A stretch of DNA of 64,000 nucleotides from Nanobdellota archaeon (GTDB lineage Archaea; Nanobdellota; Nanobdellia; Pacearchaeales; GW2011-AR1). The position numbers and the translations under genes were made by a program. The notes under the pieces were generated by a model that saw only the letters and a program-made list of their open reading frames with translations, made no database searches and had not been told where the DNA came from. Positions 57,327-64,000 of the stretch are shown here, one piece after another. Where the stretch lies: NCBI GenBank assembly GCA_038046005.1, contig JBBSXB010000001.1:107213-171212 (forward strand), read 5' to 3'. Position 1 is the stretch's first letter, and each line of letters starts with the position of its first letter.

Positions 57327-57811
57327 AAAATAAAAACGCACAAGTTGGATTAACTTTAAGCTGGTTTGTGGCATTTATAGTTATTGCTTTTATAATGATA
57401 ATTTTTATTGTTTTCACTTCATTTTTAGCCGCACACAAAGTCGTTCCTGATTTGGCCATGGACAAAATTGTAAGTGTTGAGTCAGTTGAGAAAACTATCG
57501 GGATGGGTGATATGGAAAGTGAACAAAAATTCCTTTATCTGCTAAACTATCCGATTGGAAAAGGAGATTTTAGGGACCTTATCTTAAAATATAACAAAGA
57601 TTCCAGCTTAAAAGATGAAGTAAATGGAAATGCTTCTGTAATATTGGAAAACAGTATTTTGCCTGGAAGATGTTTCATATTTAATCTTGATGACAACTAC
57701 TTAAGAAATAAAAATTTTCAAGTTGAAAATAGAATTTATCCAGAATTATCAGTTAGAATTCCTGAAAATAAAAACGGAAACCTTGTTGGTTTATACTTTG
57801 GAAAATGTTGA
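57323..57811 (+). CDS. Pilin-like protein, class III signal
   Basis: NKNA/QVGLTLSWFVAF. Confidence 0.75.
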   Translation: MKNKNAQVGLTLSWFVAFIVIAFIMIIFIVFTSFLAAHKVVPDLAMDKIVSVESVEKTIGMGDMESEQKFLYLLNYPIGKGDFRDLILKYNKDSSLKDEVNGNASVILENSILPGRCFIFNLDDNYLRNKNFQVENRIYPELSVRIPENKNGNLVGLYFGKC

Positions 57812-58575
57812 TGAAAAATAAAATCGGGAGCGTGCATGTGACTTTGATAGTTTTCATGATGATTACTACAGTTGTTACTAGCATTTTCATATTCACAACG
57901 AGCGAATCTGGATTCGAGACTAAAATCTCGGATGCTAGGGTTGTCCAGTTCACATCCAATGTTTATGATTTTGGAGAGTTTTACATCAATCAGGCAGGAG
58001 AAAAAGCCTTTGTTGATTCTTATATTGGATTTATACAAGATAATTCTTTCATTGAAAATCCAAAAATGAATTCACAAGGTGATGTAGAATTTACAAAATT
58101 GAGTTCTAACTTAGACAATAGAATGTTAAGAGATATTTCTCCTAAATTTAAGGATAATTTTAATTCATATGAATTCAAGAATAATTTTATGGAAGAAATT
58201 AAAGATTCTATAAACAAAGACAAATTTAGAATTACGAATGAAAACGAGCAATTCAAGATTGTAGTCAGTAATCTAGAATTTAATTTTTCATCCAACAACA
58301 TCAATGTTGTTTATTTTCCAGAAATATCTGATTTATTAGACTTGAACAAAGTAGGATTAAATAGCTTTGATGAAATCTATACCGCTAAAGAAAAATGCAA
58401 AAAGGATGAAAAAATTAAAGAGTGTTTTGAAAAAGAACTAAAAAGCTTTAATGTTAGTGTTGAACAGAAAACAGATAATGGGAATAAGTATTATTTGATT
58501 AAATTATCCAGTAAAAAGGAATTTTTTATCAATGATGAGTTTAAAAGCATAGAACTTAGTTTTGTCGGTGTTTGA
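57805..58575 (+). CDS. Pilin-like protein, class III-like signal
   Basis: KNKIG/SVHVTLIVF. Confidence 0.7.
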   Translation: MLMKNKIGSVHVTLIVFMMITTVVTSIFIFTTSESGFETKISDARVVQFTSNVYDFGEFYINQAGEKAFVDSYIGFIQDNSFIENPKMNSQGDVEFTKLSSNLDNRMLRDISPKFKDNFNSYEFKNNFMEEIKDSINKDKFRITNENEQFKIVVSNLEFNFSSNNINVVYFPEISDLLDLNKVGLNSFDEIYTAKEKCKKDEKIKECFEKELKSFNVSVEQKTDNGNKYYLIKLSSKKEFFINDEFKSIELSFVGV

Positions 58576-58609
58576 AAATATTTATAAATGAGAGTTTACT
58601 ATTTTAGGC

Positions 58610-59041
58610 ATGATAAGAAAGAGGGATAAGAGAGGTCAGGGTTTGTCTTCAGAGACTATCATTATACTGGTTATAGCCGTAATCGTTTTGGTCATAGTTG
58701 TATTAGGATTTACAAGAGGATGGGACTGGGTCTTTGGAGGGTTTGCGAAACTTCCTGGTGATTTGGAAAAGACTGGACAAGCATGTGGTTTTGCTGGCGA
58801 AAATAATTTGAAAACAACATATTGCAATGAATTCAAAGAAGTTAAAATTGCTGGAAAGAATCAGAGAGTTAATTGTGAGTATCTTGCAAAAAATAACTAT
58901 GCAACTTTTACTACGTTGACTGAGGCTTGTGGAAGCATAACAAAACTTGCCCAAGACACTTGCGTTAATGAAAGATTGGATGACCAAAAAGATATGATAA
59001 ATGGTGAGACCTGCACTGTCTGGAAAGCTAAGACTGCTTGA
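58610..59041 (+). CDS. Pilin, class III signal (candidate major pilin)
   Basis: DKRG/QGLSSETIIILVIAVIVLVIVVLGF; own TATA TTTATAAA. Confidence 0.8.
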   Translation: MIRKRDKRGQGLSSETIIILVIAVIVLVIVVLGFTRGWDWVFGGFAKLPGDLEKTGQACGFAGENNLKTTYCNEFKEVKIAGKNQRVNCEYLAKNNYATFTTLTEACGSITKLAQDTCVNERLDDQKDMINGETCTVWKAKTA

Positions 59042-59083
59042 TTCTGGATAAATATTTATAAATGATTCTAGACTAATACTGGT

Positions 59084-59602
59084 ATGGAAAAGAACAGGTA
59101 CATATTTTTATTCTTTGAATTATTAGTGGTTGGTGTTTTTGTCATAGGGATGGTGAGTGCAGATATTTCTTCTTCCTTTAATGATCTTTTTGCAGGAGCA
59201 GATCGGCAGCAAATAATCCTAACATTGATAGTAATCGTTATTCTTTTTGCCGTTCTTTATGATATAACTATGTTTATGCCATTTATAACGAGTAACCCTG
59301 TAAGATACATTGTTGCGGGAGGATTAACTCTTGCTGCGGTAATCACGGGAGGAATGTACAAAATTTATAATGCTGTTTTAGTAGTTGTCGCAAGTTTTGG
59401 CGCTGCTGGAGTTTTTATAGCTATATTCGTGTCTATTGCAATTTTTATTGGCCTAATGGTTGGAAACACTTTCTTGGCAAAATGGGCGGCAAAAATAAAA
59501 GGCCAACAAGAAGAGCTTAAAGCTATCAAGAATGCAAATGAGGCTGGTGCTACAATACAAGCATTAAGAGCATTGAAAAGAACAGGGTTAAGAGGAAATT
59601 AG
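59084..59602 (+). CDS. Membrane protein
   Basis: Signal peptide plus several TM helices. Confidence 0.7.
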   Translation: MEKNRYIFLFFELLVVGVFVIGMVSADISSSFNDLFAGADRQQIILTLIVIVILFAVLYDITMFMPFITSNPVRYIVAGGLTLAAVITGGMYKIYNAVLVVVASFGAAGVFIAIFVSIAIFIGLMVGNTFLAKWAAKIKGQQEELKAIKNANEAGATIQALRALKRTGLRGN

Positions 59603-59647
59603 ACTCTTAATCAAAAACTATTAAAACTTCTTTAGGTTTTTTAAATT

Positions 59648-60322
59648 ATGAAAAAGAGTGGCCTGATGTTAATATTTGTTCTACTGTTAGGATTTGTTCA
59701 TACAAATCTTGCTTTGGCGGCAGGTATCGACACACTTGAAAATGCTGGGAATCGAATTGAGGGTGGTGTTAACACAGTTCAGAATTTCTCAGAGCAAACA
59801 AACTCTGGCTGGGGATATCTTGGAACTGAATGGAAAAATATTTTGTTAAAAAATGAAATTGTTTCCGCAATGAATAATATTTTAATAACTTTCAGCTTTG
59901 TTTTTGTTATTTTATTTGGTGCCCCTTATAGTTTTTCATTAGTCTTATTTTTCATAATAATTTTGTGGTTTTTCTTTTTTTCTAGGTTAAGAAAAATGTT
60001 TAAAACTTTTTCTCCTTTTTCATCTGGTGTTTCCTTAGCTGTTGCAGTATGTCTAACAATAGCTTTGGCACAACTTGGATTATACAAGGTAATAGCTAAC
60101 TTTTTTATGTGGCTGATTTTCCTACCTGGAAACCCTTGGGCTGGTGGCCTGATATTTGTTGGATTGATATTTGGATTGATTTTAATCGCCAAAGCTGTAA
60201 ATTATGTAGATAAATTGCAAGACATGAAAAAAGAGCAATTTGCCAAGGAAATTGAGAAAAGAGACAGGGGAATACTTCACTCTTTTGTTGACACTTTTAA
60301 AAAATCTTTTGGAGGGAAATAA
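59648..60322 (+). CDS. Membrane protein
   Basis: Signal peptide plus several TM helices. Confidence 0.7.
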   Translation: MKKSGLMLIFVLLLGFVHTNLALAAGIDTLENAGNRIEGGVNTVQNFSEQTNSGWGYLGTEWKNILLKNEIVSAMNNILITFSFVFVILFGAPYSFSLVLFFIIILWFFFFSRLRKMFKTFSPFSSGVSLAVAVCLTIALAQLGLYKVIANFFMWLIFLPGNPWAGGLIFVGLIFGLILIAKAVNYVDKLQDMKKEQFAKEIEKRDRGILHSFVDTFKKSFGGK

Positions 60323-60478
60323 AATCGATTACGGATTTGGCGAGAAAAGGAACAAGAAGAAAGGTAAGTTCAAGGAAAGAAAGAAAAACCCTTACAGAAA
60401 AGGCGGCGGAAAGCGAAGCGTGAATGTTTGAGTGATTTTAAATCAAACATTTTTAAACAAGAATTACATTTAAAGAAC

Positions 60479-61315
60479 ATGATAGGGGTGATATTTTTAG
60501 TCTTGCTTGCTTTAGTCTGGATTATTTTTGCTAGTGTGCAGGATTTAAGAAAAAGGGAAGTTGCAAACTGGCTTAATTTTTCTTTGATTATTTTTGCTTT
60601 AGGTTTTAGATTTTTTTACAGTCTTTTTAGCGGAAATTTTAATTTCTTTGCGCAGGGAATTTTTGGGTTAATAATATTCTTTGTGATTGGGAATGTGCTT
60701 TATTATTCTAAAATGTTTGCAGGAGGAGATGCAAAGATGATGATAGCTTTAGGAACTATTTTAGGGTTTAGCGGAAATTTTTTCATTAACTTAAAAATTT
60801 ATTTTCTGTTCTTATTTTTATTTTTGTTTGGTGGGGCAGTCTATGGCATTTCGGCAACACTATACTTAAGCTTTAAGTACAGGAAAAATTTCAAAAAAGA
60901 TTTTGTTAAAAAAATAAAAGAAAACAAAAGACTTATTTTTGCAATCATGGCTTTCGGAATAATATTTATCGGTGTCGGCTTTTTTCAAACCCCTTTGTTG
61001 ATATTTGGAATTCTAATATTCATTCTTCCTGTTTTTTATGTCTATGTCAAGACTGTTGACAGTGCCTGTATGGTCAGAGAGATTGAAACTCATGACTTGG
61101 GCGAGGGCGAATGGCTTTACAAACCTCTCAAAGTTGGCAATAGAATCATAAAGCCGACTTGGGAAGGATTGAGCAAGGAAGAAGTAAATTTGATAAAGAA
61201 AAAATATAAATTCATAAAAATAAAAGTTGGCATTGCATTCCTTCCTGTATTCTTAATTGCATTCTTAGCCTTGTGGTATTTGTGGGAAACTGGATTGTGG
61301 AATTTGTTTTGGTAG
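60479..61315 (+). CDS. Prepilin/preflagellin peptidase (A24, PibD/FlaK-like)
   Basis: SVQDLRKREV and AGGDAK catalytic Asp motifs; AFLPVF C-terminus. Confidence 0.9.
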   Translation: MIGVIFLVLLALVWIIFASVQDLRKREVANWLNFSLIIFALGFRFFYSLFSGNFNFFAQGIFGLIIFFVIGNVLYYSKMFAGGDAKMMIALGTILGFSGNFFINLKIYFLFLFLFLFGGAVYGISATLYLSFKYRKNFKKDFVKKIKENKRLIFAIMAFGIIFIGVGFFQTPLLIFGILIFILPVFYVYVKTVDSACMVREIETHDLGEGEWLYKPLKVGNRIIKPTWEGLSKEEVNLIKKKYKFIKIKVGIAFLPVFLIAFLALWYLWETGLWNLFW

Positions 61316-61981
61316 TCAAGGAAATCTTTTTGGTAGCCAGTGTGTTTTATCAGAAATTATATTTTGTTTTGGTTGTTCTTTAGCAGCTGGTTTTTCTTCA
61401 TGTGATTTTTTCATTCCGCCACCATCTCCCCGACCGCCCACCCCAGGCGTCTTGCTCCCTTCAGATTTTTTTAACAATCTTTCCTGAAGTTTTTTTAATT
61501 CATCTTCAGATTCTTTTTTTCTTTTAGATTTTAAAGATTCATCTTTGTAAATTGGGATGACATTAAGAACTTCATGACCAAACATTTTACTTGGAATTAT
61601 GTCAATTTTTTTTGGTTTCAAAATTTTTAACAATTCAGCAATTTCTTTAGCAAAATCTATTGCCTCTTTTGATGAATCTTCTGAATGAGTTTTTGGAATC
61701 ACGATAGAATGACCTTTTGATGCGGGATTTATCTCCAATACTCCCATTGCACCACTATTTTCTCCAATATAAAAAGATGGAATCTTCTTCTCAACTATAG
61801 AACAGAAAATGCATTCATTATCATCTTTTATCAATTTATTTTGTTTTAGAAAGTTTTCAAGCTCTTCAGCAGTCATATTCTCTATTGATAAAATTAATTC
61901 TTCTTTATTTGGGAGAGTTGAAGATTTAATTTGAGAAATCAGTTCCGATTTTATCTGGTTAGTCTGGTCTTGAGGCAGCAT
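61316..61981 (-). CDS. HIT-family protein with degenerate histidine triad
   Basis: CIFCSIV, INPASKGHSIVIPKTH; triad region reads GHEVLNVIP. Confidence 0.8.
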   Translation of the reverse strand: MLPQDQTNQIKSELISQIKSSTLPNKEELILSIENMTAEELENFLKQNKLIKDDNECIFCSIVEKKIPSFYIGENSGAMGVLEINPASKGHSIVIPKTHSEDSSKEAIDFAKEIAELLKILKPKKIDIIPSKMFGHEVLNVIPIYKDESLKSKRKKESEDELKKLQERLLKKSEGSKTPGVGGRGDGGGMKKSHEEKPAAKEQPKQNIISDKTHWLPKRFP

Positions 61982-61982
61982 T

Positions 61983-62252
61983 TTAGGCAATTTTTCTCAT
62001 GTCAATTACTTGCACTGAGCTTACATTTTTTATTTTCCTGAAAGCTTCTTCAATATGTTCGAGCTCTTTTTCCTCAGGCCACTCAAAAAAAGCTATTATC
62101 GCTTTTAGACCAAACGCTATCGGCTCTATCTCATAATTTCTGTTCCTGCCTCCGCCTTTTTCAACAATATGCATTGCAGATTTTTTTATTATTTCAAGAT
62201 CTGTTGAAGGAGATTCTGGCATCAACTTTATTTTTAGTCCAATTATTCCCAT
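61983..62252 (-). CDS. ef1b: Translation elongation factor aEF-1beta
   Basis: KLMPESPSTDL, EPIAFGLKA. Confidence 0.93.
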   Translation of the reverse strand: MGIIGLKIKLMPESPSTDLEIIKKSAMHIVEKGGGRNRNYEIEPIAFGLKAIIAFFEWPEEKELEHIEEAFRKIKNVSSVQVIDMRKIA

Positions 62253-62362
62253 TGAAAACCTCCCGCGGGTTTTCCATCCAGCATCCTCTCGAATCTTTTC
62301 TTTGCCTCCGACTGATTCGAATAAGAATGTTTAATTTTTTTCTTAATAGACATTCTTTATTA

Positions 62363-62581
62363 TTAAGATGATGGTTTATAAGTTTTTGGTCTTAGTTTTG
62401 TGAGAAAAATAAGGATTATGAAAAATAGAGTTATTATCCCTAAAAAACCTGTTGCAGCTATTCCAGCATTTGACGAAATTGAAAATCCTGTCAATCTTGC
62501 TCCAAAAAACAGCATCATTAAAGGCACGACAAAAACAAAGAAAATCCTGATAACAGCGTTAAAAAAATAATCCCTTTTCAT
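62363..62581 (-). CDS. Small two-TM membrane protein
   Basis: Two hydrophobic helices separated by RLTGFSIS. Confidence 0.55.
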   Translation of the reverse strand: MKRDYFFNAVIRIFFVFVVPLMMLFFGARLTGFSISSNAGIAATGFLGIITLFFIILIFLTKLRPKTYKPSS

Positions 62582-62661
62582 ACAAAAAATACTCAAAAAC
62601 AGTTTAATTATTTTGCCTTTCTTTCCACATATTTTTTAAACTATGGAATATACTCTTTATT

Positions 62662-62967
62662 ATGGTATTTTTAATAGGTGCCGCTTTTTTGCTGCCTTTG
62701 ATTTTGATAGGGGCCCTCTTATTTGTCTTCTGGCTTATAATGCTTATTGACTCAATAACAAGAAAATTCAAAGATGGGAGTCAGAAAATTGTGTGGGTTT
62801 TGGTGAACATCCTTCTTGGGTTTTTAGGAACCTTAATCTACTATTTTGTTATTTTCATAAAAGATAAAAACAGGTCAATAAAATGGCTTTGGTGGACTTT
62901 ATTGGTTGTTTTTTTAGCATGGATTATTTTTGTGGCATTCTTTTTTTCTCAGTTATTTAATGCTTAG
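62662..62967 (+). CDS. PLDc_N-like membrane protein
   Basis: FWLIMLID...KIVWVLV...LGTLIYYF. Confidence 0.75.
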   Translation: MVFLIGAAFLLPLILIGALLFVFWLIMLIDSITRKFKDGSQKIVWVLVNILLGFLGTLIYYFVIFIKDKNRSIKWLWWTLLVVFLAWIIFVAFFFSQLFNA

Positions 62968-62970
62968 TTT

Positions 62971-63950
62971 TCACTCTTTAATTTTGTAGAAAATTATCAA
63001 TGATGTTATGAAGTAGATTAATAAAGAAGCCATTGCAGTTCTTTGACTTCCTGTTAATACAGAGATTGTTCCGAAGACTAAAGGTCCTGTTAAGGCAGCT
63101 ATTTTATTTGCGAATCCATTGAATCCGAAAAATTGGTTTAATTTGTTTTTGGGGATTATATCAATAAACCATGCTCTTGCAACTGATTGCCCAGAACCAA
63201 CAACCATTCCTGTGAATATTGCAATAATATAAAAGATTATTTTTGAATTTGCTAGTGATGTTGCTAAAACAATTAAGCACCAGATTATAAGGGTAGCTAC
63301 AAGTATTTTTTTATGACCTTTTCTATCGCTTAACCAACCAAAAAATATTGTTGCTGGAAATGCTATTATTTGAATTAGCAAGAGTATTATTGCAATTTCA
63401 GAAATTGAAAATGAAAGAGTATTCTTGGCGTAAATAGATACAAACGCAAATAATGTTGCTAATCCATCATTCATAAGATAAAATGCCAACAAAAACCAGG
63501 CAATTTTTTTGTGTTTTTTTACTTGCTTTATTGTTTTAAAAACAGATGCAAAACTATGCTTTAATCTTTTTAAAAATGATTCTTTAGGAATATTTTTTGT
63601 TTTTTCTTTTATAAAGAAGAATGAGGGGAGAGCAAATATCAAGAAAATAATGGCAGTTAACGGAAAAGTTAAATTGTGAAGTGATTGTGACTCATAAATT
63701 GGTTTTAGTATTAGCATTGAAACTATTCCCCCTAAATAGCCAAATGCGTAGCCTAACCCTGAGATTCTTCCTTTTGTTTCTTTTGTTGAAACTTGATTTA
63801 AGAAAGAATCATAAAGTGTTTGTGAAACTTCAACACAGAAATTTGTTGCCATAAAGATTAACATGCTTAGTACAAACAAATTCGGGCCAGAAAAGTATAG
63901 TGATGCTGTTCCAATTATTGCAATTATTGTAAATAAAATTAGTTTATTAA
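62971..63950 (-). pseudogene. MFS transporter (UMF1/ATG22-like), 5' end interrupted
   Basis: GRISGLGYAFGYLGG, GWLSDRKG; frame extends upstream (KLILFTIIAIIGTASLYF) until an in-frame TAG inside the hairpin at 63958-63979. Confidence 0.7.
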
Positions 63951-63979
63951 TCGTTATACCCTACAGCTTGCTGTAGGGT
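63947..63979. mobile_element. Perfect hairpin, probable end of an IS200/IS605-like or REP/MITE element
   Basis: TTAATCGTTAT followed by ACCCTACAGC-TT-GCTGTAGGGT, located where MFS coding character ends. Confidence 0.55.
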
Positions 63980-64000
63980 GAAAGCTAAAGAAAATCTATT

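Noticed and set aside
1526-60192. Many antisense or nested ORFs in the track (e.g. 3253..3726, 45375..45914, 54404..54703)
   Set aside because: Shadows of well-supported genes on the opposite strand or in another frame
60240-60431. Basic 63-aa ORF resembling a small ribosomal protein
   Set aside because: No family motif, overlaps the upstream gene, and is explained by purine-rich composition

Overview
AT-rich archaeal chromosome segment, most consistent with a DPANN archaeon (Pacearchaeota/Woesearchaeota-like; inferred from gene content, not from a database search). It spans the likely replication origin: ORB boxes around an AT-rich unwinding element next to orc1/cdc6-DP1-DP2. It also holds secDF, a ribosomal protein/RNA polymerase cluster, four tRNAs, an unlinked 5S rRNA, two toxin-antitoxin pairs, a split Hef helicase/nuclease and a large type IV pilus-like locus. 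Main observations: (1) an origin-proximal pair of coiled-coil/winged-helix genes whose linkers are built from short DNA repeats, one with a near-consensus ORB inside its coding sequence, plus repeat arrays upstream and between them; (2) a serine recombinase beside palindromic GTGCACTTAGG sites that bracket single genes; (3) two TA cassettes each preceded by the same 41-bp repeat; (4) an in-frame RmlD'-'SecD chimera beside a decayed rmlB; (5) a tRNA-Leu with an AAG anticodon; (6) micro-pilins missed by the ORF track and a glycine-zipper pilin; (7) an ArmA/Rmt-family methyltransferase and several probable pseudoenzymes. Several frameshifts in the first 14 kb could be sequencing or assembly errors.
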